The notes: generated by a model from the sequence alone, not told the origin. Counted from the stretch's first letter, positions 10,015-22,784 are shown. The stretch: 64,000 nt of DNA from Piedraia hortae CBS 480.64 (GCA_010093745.1 MU005963.1:144217-208216); one strand, 5' to 3'. Made by a program: numbers and translations.

Positions 10015-13000
10015 ATGATGCCTGGACCTTCCGCCCAGTTGTCAATGGACACCCCTATTACCGTCAAGGTCGCAGTCAACGGCCATTTGGAGAAACTCCT
10101 CATTCCGCTGCGAGATCTCGGAGCTGAAGAGCTTATCAACAAGGTATCAAGCCTCTTCCTTGTGTCTCGTTTCTTGCTGCTGACCACAAAACCAGCTCCG
10201 CTTTCTGCTTGGCATAGAGCCCCATCAGAATGCCATCTTTGAGCGTTACTCTGATTCTGTCGGCGGATTCATTACCCTTGACCCCACCAACGCCGACGCC
10301 TTCAAGTCGCTCTTCCGGGCCGCCAAATCCAAGATGAGGCTCCGTCTGAGGGCGACTGTGACGCCGCCTGCTAACGATCTGGGCCTCATTAAGAGAAATG
10401 CTCTCATGAACCCCACGTCATCGTCTGTTGGTGGGCAGCTCATAAGTGATCTGACTCATCGCTCCATGGGCCGAGGCGTCTTCGAGTTTCGCGATGCTCG
10501 GCAGCAGCAAATTGCAAATACAGCTTCCAATGCTCGGAATACCTCGCCTGTAAATGACAATCAGCAAGAAGTCAAGCTTGTTGCTGCCGAAGCACTCGAT
10601 GCTGATAGGACAGATAATGACAAAGATTTCGTCGATGCTCTGGACAAATCATGGGTGGTCTGCTGCAACGAATGCGACAAGCGGTTAAATGACGTGCACT
10701 ATCACTGTAGCATCTGTGACGATGGAGACTATGATCTTTGCGAGGATTGCGTGGACGACGGCAAGATGTGCCACGGCTCAAGCCACTGGCTCATCAAGCG
10801 GTACATCCGTGATGGAAAAGTGTACAGCAGCTCCGTCGAACGCCTTCCCGGGCGTATCAAGGAAAAGAACGTCATACTCTCCGCTGAGCCCAGTCGAACT
10901 TGCAACAATTGCATCGGTGTCCACCCGGAACGTGAGTTCGTTACCTGCACGACTTGCGATGATTTTGATCTCTGCATTGACTGCCACTTGAAGAACCAGC
11001 ACGGGCATCATCCGGGCCATGGCTTCAAGCCTGCTACCCCCGCTACCGATCTCTCCTCCGTCGCTACCTGGATGCTTGGCCCCAATCGAAACAAGTGTCA
11101 CTCGTCCACTCTCTGCGATGGCTGTGACAAGACGGTCAGAGGCGTGCGTCACAAGTGTTTGGACTGCCCTGACTGGGACTTCTGCGATGAGTGCATTGGG
11201 AAGGCCAAGGACCTCCATCCAGGCCACCGTTTTGTGCCCATCTACATCCCGTTGGACACCAGGCCGTCCAACTATGTGCGTCACTTTGGCATTTACTGCG
11301 ATGGTCCGCTGTGCACGAAGAAGAAGAAGGGTCAGTGGTACATCACTGGCCCCCGCTACAAGTGTGCCATATGCCATGACACCGACTTTTGTGCCTCATG
11401 CGAGGCCCTGCCCAATAACAAGCACAACCCAACCCATCCGATGGTCATGTTCAAGTCGCCTGTTCGCAACGTCAACATCACGACCGAAAACGAAGACAAG
11501 CGTGGCAATGTGCGTGTTTTGGGTGACGGCCTGGGCCATGCCCCTGCCACCGCTGCGTCCGAGGCCAAGCCTTCGCAGCCGCAGCAAGCGCCAGTAAAGG
11601 CGAAGAAACCTGTCGAGGACAACACCCTTCAAGATGTCGACATAGCCAAGTTCACCCCCGCTCCCCAGTTGGTACTACGCCCATCACTAGCCTCACAACG
11701 CCAAGTGCTCAACGAGGTATCACACGCAGCGCGCAAGCTGACGTCTGACACGCCTCTGAACTCATACTTTGTTTCCGAAGCCATTGCTGATGGTACCGAG
11801 TTTGCTCCACGCATTCGCTTCACTCAAACCTGGACCGTGGCGAATCAAGGTCCGATAGCGTGGCCAGCAGGATGCTTTGTCCGTTTCCTAGGTGGCGACA
11901 ACATGCTTAATATTGGTGCGCCGCCATTTACGGCTGACATCCTCCAAGCGTCAAAGTCCAACGTCATCAACCGCAGCGTTCAAGTTGGCGAAATAGTTAC
12001 CTTTTCTGTAACGCTACAGGCGCCACCACGCCTAGGCAAATCCATCAGTTATTGGCAGGTGAGGACTCCCTCGGACGTTTCGTTTGGCTGCCGTCTCTGG
12101 TGCGAAATCAATGTCAAGGAACCTGAGCTCAAGGCAACTAGTGCGGCCAACATGTCCAGCCCGCCCAGCACGTCCAGCACAACCAATACGTCCAACGCCA
12201 CCCGAAAGGGCCCTACGGAAGACCATATCCCTGCATTCTGGCGGCCAGGTTACAACACCCACTGTCCTCCTAGGCCCTTGAACGCTCAGAAGCACATGAA
12301 TGCTCCATTTTGGTGTAAACGTCCTAGTGCGGCTCCTGTCCTCCGCCCATCGTCGAGTGTTCCTAGAGCGTCGCTGCCCAGACTCATCAACATGGGTCAA
12401 CCTGCCAAGTTCCATGACGCTCCGACCTCGAAGGCTGCGGCAGATAATGCACGTGTGATTGCGCCATTCCCCTTTGTTAGACCTCAACAAGTGCAACGTG
12501 CGATGGATGCGGATCAGGACACCACACGTGATGCCAAAGCTACAGGCGACGCCGCCTTGACCGAAGCCGAGGCGTCGGCAAAGGCCCTTCCATCCATGAG
12601 AGTTGGATCGGATGCCTTCCACGAGGGCAGAAAACATACCTATGCGCGGTTGAGAGATCTGGTTCGAGATCCGGCTGTGTACGCAGCGCTGGCTAAGAAG
12701 GACTTGAATGCTTCCCCGGACCGGACTGTCAAGCACAACGAGGTTAAGAACGAGACCAAGGATGAGGTTAAGTCCAAGAAAAAGGTGAATGACGTTAAAT
12801 CCGAAGAACAGGCCAAGGTCAAGGATGGGGATGAACCCAAAGATGAGAATAAGGTCATTGACCAGGCTGAAGCCGAAGCGGAGAACAATGTCAACGATCA
12901 AGAAGTTGAGCCGAAGACGGAGATGGAAAAGACAAAGCCTAAGGAAGCAGAGACCAAGGCTGAAGATGTGAAGCCAGCCATCGACCGCGTTGTCTTCCCA

Positions 13001-13306
13001 ACGCTTGACAAGGAAAGCCCTGCCTCCTCCATGCAGCTTAAATCTGCCCCGCCTGCATACGTTACGGACGAGGATGGTAAGGTTGAGAGCACAGCCGAGG
13101 CTACGTCTGCGAGCGCAGTCAACGTGGGTGAAACTATCGACTCAGACGCTGCCGCTGCTCCGAGCACTTCATCTGAAAGCAATGATGATTCGGGCGAAGA
13201 GGGCGACATTGAAGTACTCAGTGCAGCTGAAGAGAGTGATGACTTTGACACGGACGAGGAATACGAAATCCTCGATGCCTGTGATTCGGATATCTCTTCG
13301 CAGTAA
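10015..13306 (+). CDS. NBR1: NBR1-like selective autophagy receptor (PB1-like, 4 ZZ fingers, FW domain, C-terminal AIM/LIR); intron 10144-10195
   Basis: ITVKV...ERYSDS PB1-like N-terminus joined by a 52-nt intron; four ZZ fingers (CNEC, CNNC, CDGC, CDGPLC); FW domain FTQTWTVANQGPIAWPAG...ISYWQ...FGCRLWCEINV; acidic DEEYEIL AIM. Confidence 0.88.
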
Positions 13307-15025
13307 AAGGGATCCAGATTGACACGAGTATGTAAAACGGATGAAAAAATAGGTTTTGGTCTTATGTTGGTCAGAATGAATGAGTGTTGCTCTGCAGTCC
13401 TTCCCACTCAGATGATGTGTACAGAATCATTTGCGATGATGATGATGCCACAGACTGCCTGATATAACAAAGAGTTTGTCCGCGCACCGACTAGACTTTG
13501 GGGGCATGACGCATGTGGTAGGTATAGATCCGCTCAGACAAAGTGAACATGCAGTCGAAAGATGCCCGTAAATCTAGCTACTTATTCGATAACCTGTGAC
13601 CGTATGCGATCCCCTTGCGTTTGTCACAGTGTTGCATGGGTGAAAACATACCGAGAAGCAAATGAGAATTGCAGGAATTGGATTGCGTGCATCAATGTAA
13701 ATCTTAAAGCCAAAGGTTTTTGATAGTACCTCACCCGCTTGGCGGGAAATTACTATACATGTACATAAATGGCCGAACATTCGGCGTTTTTCGCATTTTC
13801 CGTGGCATGCTGTGAAAGATGGGAATTGTGTGACGAGATGTGGAGATTAAGATGCAGGTGAGTGGATAAGATGGTGGGATGTGTGGAAATTTGAGCGGGA
13901 GGTATTGCTGGACGGGAAGAGATGATGAAAGCTGAATGGGAGGGCTGTAGACCCTGCTTTCCCTAGCTTGGCCTGATCGGCCTTATGGTCATATCCTCCT
14001 GCATCTTCCTGCATCTTCCTGCCTTTCTCTTGTTTCCTTTTTCTTTGGGCCTGGGGGTGAGGTTAGTGAGCCGCTCCAAGATGCGAGAAGTTTGGAGGTG
14101 TCTTTTTGCAGTCTGCATCGTATGATACACAGTAAATCCCGCATCAGAAATCTGCTAACAGAGTGTGACAGGGTATTTTCTTTCAGAACTCAGACTGTGA
14201 AGGTCTGGTGCTGTGATTTGAGCCCGCACGTTATGTGGGAAACCTAATATGATACCGCATCATGGCAGAGGGTGAGTTGATAGATAGTAAAGTGCGAGGT
14301 GTTGCCTACACGACCATCACATTTACATGCACGATCATAGTGCAGAAAATCGGTGTTCCCAGAACAAAGAGAGCGGATTGCGATTGTAGGGATAGAAGCT
14401 TCTTTGTTCTGCGGTAAGGTTTCTTTGTTAGTGATGCCACGTTTGGACAAAGCTTGTTGGGATTTGCGTGGGAAGGGAGATCACTTCTCCTTGCTGATAG
14501 TTCTGTCTTGATACGTGAAAATTATCGAGAGAGATGTCGAGAGCATATCTCGAAATTCAAACTTTTTCTTAACTTTGTCGGTGGAGATTAGTGATATATC
14601 TGTGGCAAATCCAATTGTCATGTGAAATTTTCATCAAGGAAGTGCACACGAATTACGGGCACGAATTCAAGGTGTGGAGTCTGAGGGTCTATGTGCTTGT
14701 TCTGGAGTCGAGTTCTATGATTCTTTACCGAGGTCGACATAGCCAATAGACCAATACATGTTTCTTCACTTCTGCGAATGAAAATTTCACAGTTCACAAC
14801 AGGTAGCAAACAAACTTCCCGCCAAGCCAACTTCCACTTAACCTGCGAAAAGTTTGTGCAAGTTCTTTTACTACTCGCCCAGACAATCTAAATGTTTCGC
14901 ATTCGTCCTTTCTTTCTTCCACACAAAGACCAGCAATCCTCCACAAGGAAAACCCATCCCGTGTACATAACTTGTTGTGCCCACTCAAAGCAACAACTCT
15001 GATTCGCTGCAACACTTGCTACGCA

Positions 15026-15760
15026 ATGGTGAAATCTAGAGGATCCCGTCCATCCTTCGGATCGGCAACCCGCAATATGCGATTGAAGACGCGCGCAGAC
15101 AATTCTGCTGCGAAGGAGAAGGAACAAGATGCTCAGCCTACTGAAGCTGAAAAAGCGACCAAGCCTTTGAACGGGGCAAAGAAAGCTGCAGCTTCCAGGA
15201 AGGTGCATGAGCAGGATGATAAGAGCAAGAAAGCTTTGGCTGCGAAGAAGACACCCGTCAGGAAGACTGAGACGGCGAAGAAGGAAGCTGCCAAAGTAAC
15301 CAAGGCGAAGAAAGCTCCTGCTGCAAAGGCCAAGATTCAGAAGGCCACGACGGCTAAGAATGCTGCGGCGAAAATTACTGCTCCTGAGCCTGAAGAAGAA
15401 GATGTGCCTGTGGAGGAACCGGTCAAGAAACAGCCAGCAAAGAAGGGTGCGAAGGCTCCAGCGAAAGCAAAGGTGAAGAAGCCAGCCAGTAAAGATAAGA
15501 AGTCACTAGTTGTTCAGGAGGTAGCTGACGGGCCTGAAGTGCCAGAGGAGTCTAACGTTCCCGAGGAACCAGAGGTCCATGTTGATCCCGCGAAAGTGCA
15601 GGCGCCTGAGCCCATCGCCAAGCCCCCGCTGATTTCGGCCCTAAAGAAGGGCCAGAAGGGCAACAAGAGAAAGGTTGCATTCAGCCCTATTCTCGATTTT
15701 GAACCTGAACCGTTGCGGCCGGCAAAACGGGCGCGATTAGCCCTACCTTCTCAAACTTGA
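15026..15760 (+). CDS. Lys/Ala/Glu/Pro-rich low-complexity ORF (histone-H1-tail-like), 244 aa; possibly the detached N-terminus of the downstream USP
   Basis: Open frame with AAG/GCT-biased codons, KKA/AKK repeats, KRKVAF and RPAKRAR near the C-terminus. Confidence 0.55.
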   Translation: MVKSRGSRPSFGSATRNMRLKTRADNSAAKEKEQDAQPTEAEKATKPLNGAKKAAASRKVHEQDDKSKKALAAKKTPVRKTETAKKEAAKVTKAKKAPAAKAKIQKATTAKNAAAKITAPEPEEEDVPVEEPVKKQPAKKGAKAPAKAKVKKPASKDKKSLVVQEVADGPEVPEESNVPEEPEVHVDPAKVQAPEPIAKPPLISALKKGQKGNKRKVAFSPILDFEPEPLRPAKRARLALPSQT

Positions 15761-15885
15761 CACCTATCAATCAAGATGGTAAACGAGCAGCCGATCAAAA
15801 TCCAAAATTCATGCCTGCGAAGAGGGTCAGGTGAAACAAGTCTCCGACGAAATTCACGTTCCCGACGAGAGCTGTCCCAGCCAAG

Positions 15886-17331
15886 ATGGAATCGACTGTG
15901 ATAATTGCAGGAGCTTCATCCTCACAGAGCCCCAGAAATAGACCTCCAGGTCAAAATCTGTACCCTCAAAGAAGCCCTCCTGGGAAAATGTCGGACATGT
16001 TGATCCCCAGCCTTGTCGTGCGAGGGAAGATCGGCAAGAGTTGTCCCAGGTATCTCAAGCAAATTAGGACACTCGGCTTCTACAACAAAGAAAATTTGTG
16101 CTATCGCAATGCCACATATGCCGCACTGGTCCACATGCTAGAGACGTATCATTACCTAGGCAATGTACACAAGACATGCGGCAGGAAGCCATATACCTGC
16201 ACCATGTGTGCCATGCAAGGCTTACTGGCAACTCACTGGAACTACGTGCCCAAGTCGGGATCGCCCGACCGTTATGAAGACCACGGTCCCCTCCACCCAG
16301 CCATCATGTACCTCAACTTTGCTGTTCTATATAACTTCCCAAACGGACAAGGCGGCCTGGAAGAGTACTTGGATGAACTCCAATGGGAAAACGCGGACTT
16401 CACATGCATGCTCCTCGAGCAGCTTCGCAGCCACGAGGACAAGTCCAATGATGAAGTCAGTATTGAAAAACTATTTGACATTAACCTCAAGAGCGAATGG
16501 AAATGTGAAGGGTGTGGAATCACCAGAACCATCAGGGAGTCCACACAGGGCGTGGAAATCGAGCCCCATGTTGGCAAAGCATCCAAGAACGAATTGTCTA
16601 GATTGCTTACAAAGTTTTCTATCAACATCGCAACCTGAAATGCGAGTCTCCCCAGTGCGAGACTACTTAGTCGCGTTTCCTACGTGTCAAGCTGATGAAT
16701 GCGCCGGAGATCCTCGTGGTCAGACTCCAACGCGGAGGATTTGACGGCCAGCAGGTCCGCCATATCACCAAGGAAACTCCTGTTCCGGGAATACCTCAAC
16801 CTTGGGAAAGTCAAGGACGAGAACATCCCGAGCGGCATGATGTATCGCGTTGATGGCATCGTCTTCCGCTCTGGCGAGTATGCAGAAGGGGGCCACTTCA
16901 TCTCCTTCACCCGACGACACGACCGCCAAGGTTTCAACATCGCCGACGATAATGAGTACGTCGGCAGCCTCGACAACCACTTACAAGAAATCATCGACGA
17001 TTCCAAGTTCGACAATTTCTTCGAGAAGGGGTTGTAGGATTTCTGGTGGAATGGCGAACAGATGGGCCATGGCCGTTACGCGATGGAATTCTGGCCTCCT
17101 ATCATTTTTTATAGTCGTCTTCCAGACTATAAAGGTGCTCAAGTTAAAGAGATGCTCGACGCGATTGATCAGCCTTTTTCAAAGGAAGAGAACGAGGTCA
17201 TGTACTTCCACGATGGCCCCGATCTGCAGATAATTCTCGGGGACGAGAACTATCAGCTTGCATCCCCTAATACACGGGAGAGGATGGGGGCTCAGCTTAT
17301 AGCTAACATCTTCCAGAGTTGGGAAGAATAA
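15886..17331 (+). pseudogene. Disrupted ubiquitin-specific protease (USP/C19 peptidase)
   Basis: Cys box GFYNKENLCYRNA, CEGC and KCESPQC zinc ribbon, APEILVVRLQR, His box YRVDGIVFRSGEYAEGGHFISF...ADD, terminal IIFYSR; frameshifts near 16630 and 16788 and in-frame TAGs at 16668 and 17035. Confidence 0.8.
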
Positions 17332-17610
17332 TGACTGATGTTCGAACAAGCGCTGGTGGACAAGAAATGAGGTTGGACGGCTGCTGTTTGCACGAATTTA
17401 GTAATCTAATTCAGATGTGTTGTAAGACGGTAAACCCTCTCATATAGTATACAACCAGATCGCATCTGCGAGCTTAGATAGAGGTCGATGCTTCTCAGGG
17501 CTTTTACCTCCATAGGATGAAGTTCTCCCTGGGACGAGGCATGGTGCCGTTCACGCTCTGTGCGTACTCGGTGACGTGATCTCGGTGTTTGCGGCTAGAC
17601 CTGGGTTGGC

Positions 17611-17639
17611 GTGAGGTGAAGTTCCGCACTTGACCTCAC
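17611..17639. repeat. Inverted repeat / hairpin (12-bp arms, 1 mismatch, 5-nt loop)
   Basis: GTGAGGTGAAGT-tccgc-ACTTGACCTCAC. Confidence 0.7.
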
Positions 17640-19964
17640 CACATCACGTCGAAATACATATCTGCAATATCTGAGGAAGTACCTTCATTGGAATCACAGT
17701 AAAACAGCATGCGGAGACTGGAAAAATCTAGTCCGCCCTTGTATACACTCATGCTGGAGGATGTGACGGGCAATGGGTCTTGAGGCACATGTATGTTTTG
17801 CTATGTGTATGTGTATTGATTCTACTTTGCTGAGAGACTGAAATTTTGAGCCCCGCAAGAGCGAAAGCGGTTTTGTCTTATGACTCAACAGATGATATGC
17901 ATTTGAAAGTTTTCATTGATGTTGACATCCACCATACATTGAGCAATAAACAGCCAAAGCTGACCTGCCATCTGACATGTAGCAGGGAAAGTTGTACCAA
18001 CCAAAAATCCTAATGCCTTCCTTGCCCTAGGTTGCCGCGTTCGTCTCTAAGGTTATTCCCGGGAACAACATGGGTCGGACTTGGTTCAGATCTGGCTTCA
18101 ATCTCGAAAGCTAGGGTTGGTTTCAGTCTTAAATGCGTGCTCCCTACGAAATGTAATGGACGGGATATTGTAACTGCATGCTGTCTTGATAACTAGAACC
18201 CGACTTAAGCTTGGCGTAGAATAAGTCTATGCGGAGACCCCTTTACATCGAAATTGATGACGACGTCCATTGCGAGCAGTTGATGCGGGACCTACATATC
18301 AGCCCTCCAACCAGATCTGGATGTCTCGATGGATAGGAGCATGTTTTCTGCTTCAGTGATTTCGAACACAACCTTGAATAGAAGTTTTTTTTAAGCACAT
18401 CATCTGACACCTGTGACGTAGTCTCAGTGAATACGGCTAAACCTAGATAGCGGGGGATGGTCTCTTACCTCAATTTTCGGCAAAGGCGTGTGTATCTACC
18501 TCTCACCAGGGCCAGACGACCTGACACACAAACCTGTGGCTCATGCACCTTTCGCTTCTGCTATCAAATCCTTTGCCTTGAATAGAGTCCTTCTTCCGTT
18601 CACACCATCGAACACCCACCACTAGGTGGCCCTTGCTCCCGCCGATCTCTTCAAATTACACAGCAAATCCCCCTCCCTTTCAGCATTTTCAGCTACTTTT
18701 GGAGGTTATAATCAGCGGGAGAGCTGCGAGGAGGAAAGACAAAGCAAGTCACATACTCCAAGATAGCGCAACATAGTTCTGATGCATGAAACTTAGACGT
18801 TGTATTGACAGAATAGCAGAAAATGTCAATTGTCTCTTGGCATCTATTCCATTCGTCGTGAGTAATCTTTTCGCCAACAAAGGATTCTTTGAAATTGTTG
18901 ATAGTACAAGAAGGAAGAAAAAGCAGGCAAAACTTACAGCAGTGGGGATTCCCATGTGGACACCTACCATAGTACTGATCCGCCGGTTTACAGCTTAAGT
19001 TCAGGCTAGCGAACGGGACCCCTTGTTCTCTGCAACCTGTGGCCGTAAGTGATCAGTTATTCAGGTTGGTGGGACTCTTTACCTGTGCTGGGCTAAGTTA
19101 TGGCGTAATAGAGAGGTTTTGCAGCACTGAGGAAGCGTGGGGTAAGGAGAGGAGATGTTGTCAAAAGGATGTAGCACCCACCATGACCAGAACCATAGAT
19201 AGAAGTCGAAACTTCTCAGGGTTTTTACCTCTATAGAGGAAGTTTTCCCTGAGATGGGTCATTGTCTCGTTCATGCTTAAGGGCATGGTTCGCTGACGTT
19301 GTATTATAATTGTGAGCAGATGTGTACCTGCATACAAATCTCTACGGAAAACTAGTTGACGCGTGAAGTCGAGAGCCGAGCGACGGTTACTAATAATGCG
19401 CGTAATATACCGCATATTCACAACAGTGTTTCGTCGGGTTGTCAGTCCTGTGAAGATGCAGTGCTCACGTTCGGGAGGCGTTTAACTTCCTCGTGTAAAC
19501 CTGTCCTTTGGACATGTGGACTAGCATTGGCCAATACGCGAGCAGCGCCATCCCAGTGCTGAAAGGACAGTGTGATCACTAGGGCATCATTACTGGTGCT
19601 GTAAATTCAGATTGAAGTGTTGCTGAACGCAGTGTCTTCATTACTAGAGTTTTTCCTACGAGGTTAGGGGGGACTTGCGCCGGCCCGTTCCACTTGGGAC
19701 GTCACTCGATTACACAAGCCAGTCGGTGTCAGCCGTTGGGGTTCTAAATCACGGCCATCAAGGAGGGGAACGGTTGATGGCCCATGACACTGATTGTAAG
19801 TTTCATGGATCGTAAATGATGCAAGTTGACAGTGATTATTGTAGAATACCCACTCAAAGAACATGCTTGTTACCCGCAGAATTATGTGTTCCATCAACTA
19901 CAACTAACCTGATTCTGCGTTCCGATATATGTGCCAATTACATCAAAATTTAAACAAGCAGTCC

Positions 19965-21491
19965 TCAATCGGTCCCCACTGAACTAGCCAGCGCTCTTTT
20001 CAACCTATTGACCTGTTTCTCCAAGCCTTCTTTTGCTGTTTTGATCTGTTGAGTCTCGTTCTTGGAGATCTGCAAGCTCTGCTTCAGCTCCTTGTTATCC
20101 TTATCAAGATTTTCGACTTTTGCTTCCAGTTTTGCAATCCGTTCCTTTGCCTGCCTCAGTTCTTCATTCACAGATGCGAGTTGCTCTGTTCTGATTTTCA
20201 AGATCTGTTTTTGAAGTTCCATGTTCACGTGAACCTGCTGAATCCCTTCCTTGCGACGTTCTTCAGCCACTAGAGCCCTATCTTCGTAGAGAGCTATGAT
20301 CTTCTCGTCTTTATTGCTCGAATTCGTTGTTCCAGTCGCTGGCTTCTTGCGCGATGTCAATTCAAGCTCTTCCTTGGGAACGAATAGTTGGGAGTCAGGG
20401 ACGTCTGGCAGCACAGCCAGACACCCCTTGATGCGGTCCCTGTGCTGGATGAAATGCTCTTTGCAGATCATATGGACACAGGCAAGAGCCCTACTCTTCA
20501 AAGGATGTGTAGCCTTGGGAACAATGGTGAAGTCTTGTTCAAAGGAAGCACAGTAAAGCGGATGGAAGTAATAGATTATCTTGTTCTGTCTCTCTTTGTC
20601 CTTGATGAAGAAATGACCATTGATGTTGACCTCTTTCAGATTGTGCGTCATGCTGAACCCCAAAATTTGGCCTTCCAAACTGTCGACCTCATCCGGCTTA
20701 ACAATTTGGCACAGTTGCCTAACGGCCTCGATCATAGTGGCTGCAGCCGCACATGCTTGCACATGAGCGTAATCCAAACTGATGTCTTTGGCCTTCAACT
20801 CGAACACAAAGAAGGGGAAATATAGTCCGGCCTTGGTGAATCGAGCAGGTCTATATTTTTCGTACCGTTCAAGTTGTTCCAACTCATCTTTGTCGAAGGC
20901 AGTACTGTTCAAGCCGTAGGCAATGTCCGGCCTCGGTGTCCTATCACCAATCCTTCGCTCCCAGTCTGTGTTACTAACCTTTCTGATCTGCATATACTCC
21001 GGCTCACCCTCCCCGAGGATCTCCTAAGGTTCTGGTACAAACCAGGCAGTAAATGTATTTTGCAATTGCATTTCGCTGTCCAAATCAAACTCCTTCCTTC
21101 TTTGTTGCCATTCGGTTAAGGAAGATATGGCTTGAATTGACAATTTTTCTATCGACTTCAACGGCTCGTACTTTCGTAGTTCAGCCGGTTTGACCAAATC
21201 ATTGGTATCCATAGGAAGTGCCTCAACAACTCTTTCATGCTCCTCTAGGCCGATAGTAGCTATAGGGTCTGCCGGTCGCTTTCGGGGGTTGGAAGGTTCG
21301 CTCATTCTGGATGGCCAGTTGGATGCTAAAACCCAATGAGCAACGGGGTCATCCGGACCGCTTATATCAAAAGAACGAATCGAAAGACTTGTAGCAAAGC
21401 GTTTCGGGGATCTGTCCGACTCTGATAATGCGTCCCCATCGCGCTTCCGTTTGGTACCGACGATTGCAGCTATCTGGTCGGATCCTTCCAT
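19965..21491 (-). pseudogene. Fungal PD-(D/E)xK nuclease-like protein with C-terminal coiled coil, ~508 codons, interrupted by one in-frame TAG (21026-21024)
   Basis: ORFs 21491-21024 and 20993-19965 share a frame (10 sense codons between TAG and ATG); motifs PRPDIAYG...YFPFFVFELK...AHVQ; heptad-rich C-terminus; N-terminal KRKR. Confidence 0.7.
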
Positions 21492-22351
21492 GCGATGTGC
21501 CTATTAAGATTTGGGCGTTTAATGATAGGCCACGAGGTTTCGCTCAGGCGCGCACTCCAGCACGTTTGGATCAGATGAGATGGAACTGCGACGCGCCGAT
21601 CGCGCGCGGGTAAAGTGCGCAGCCATTCCAATTGGCGGATATTAATAAAGTCGATGCATCGTAGCAGCTCAGACAGCAAACGGCCCGAACCTACTCCACA
21701 CTACCCCGCCTTTATGGACCGGGATCAACCGGGCGCAGCTACAGTTATTCCCAACTGGAGGGGTTGGCAGGAAGCACAATTGAGGCGCGGCATTCAGCTC
21801 AGCCTGATGGCTTCGGGTCTAGGCTTGCCTTTCAAGTAGCTCCGTAACCTTGATCACATTATTCTCTAAACTGCGCCTCGTACTTGCAGGTCTTCGTGAT
21901 AAAGCTTACCGGACATGCGAACCGCAGAAACCATTCAATACAGTTCCGAGTGGAAAGATTCCAAAGAATTATCAACTCAACAATATAAAATAGCAGTGTC
22001 AACTCAGAAATCATTGAAACCCGAACTGATCATACTTCGGTCAACCCTCTGACGCTAACAAAAAGCCAAGAAAGAGTTCTATCCGTTGACCATCAACTCT
22101 CCCATACTCTCTTCAACCCATCACTGCATCAAGGTTGCAATCATACTAGCCCGACTACCTCGTTAAAAAAAACCAAAACACCTGTTATCGTGCGGACTCT
22201 TCATCTAAACCATTCCAGTCCAATACCCAAATAACGTTATCCGCCTATCACAAACACATCCACAGAAAACCCAACTGCGTGCACCCAGCCCAAAACTTTC
22301 TCCTCATCACACCCACTAATTATCACAAAACGATAATTTATCAACTGTGAA

Positions 22352-22741
22352 TTAAAATCTCGTCTGTCCATGCGAACACATCTGCGCCTGTACCTGCGTT
22401 CGCTTCAATGCCTGTTCCGCATGACACATTTGTATCCGCAATCTTATGACCTGTATTTCTCCATCCGGCCGCACGTGCTGAAGCCATTGCATCACTCTAT
22501 TCTTTCTCGCAATGTCTTCGTCCTTCCTCGCGACAAGTTCATAATCAGCCTCATTCAAGATTTTTAGCTCCGCATTAAAGCCACACGCAATTTCTTGAGT
22601 TGTTGCTGGTTTTTCCAAACCTTTCCGTTGGGGGAGGCGGTGGCGGTGGTGCTCTGACGAGGGATTTGATTGTAGGTGGTGTTCGCTTGCGCAGCAGCTG
22701 CATACATACTGTTTTCCATGGAAAGGTGGTGCGAGGGACAT
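22352..22741 (-). CDS. Hypothetical 129-aa protein
   Basis: ATG-initiated ORF with a helical-looking segment (ELKILNEADYELVARKDEDIARKNRVMQWL); no recognisable domain. Confidence 0.3.
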   Translation of the reverse strand: MSLAPPFHGKQYVCSCCASEHHLQSNPSSEHHRHRLPQRKGLEKPATTQEIACGFNAELKILNEADYELVARKDEDIARKNRVMQWLQHVRPDGEIQVIRLRIQMCHAEQALKRTQVQAQMCSHGQTRF

Positions 22742-22784
22742 TGCTGAGCCGAAACGCCTCTATTGACCGTTTTGTTAGCGCATT

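Noticed and set aside
12032..12901. 289-aa antisense ORF within NBR1
   Set aside because: Antisense shadow of a codon-biased, charged coding region.
21024..21038. Possible GT...AG mini-intron (GTACCAGAACCTTAG) removing the amber stop
   Set aside because: 15 nt is far below the 43-nt minimum seen here and it has no branch site.
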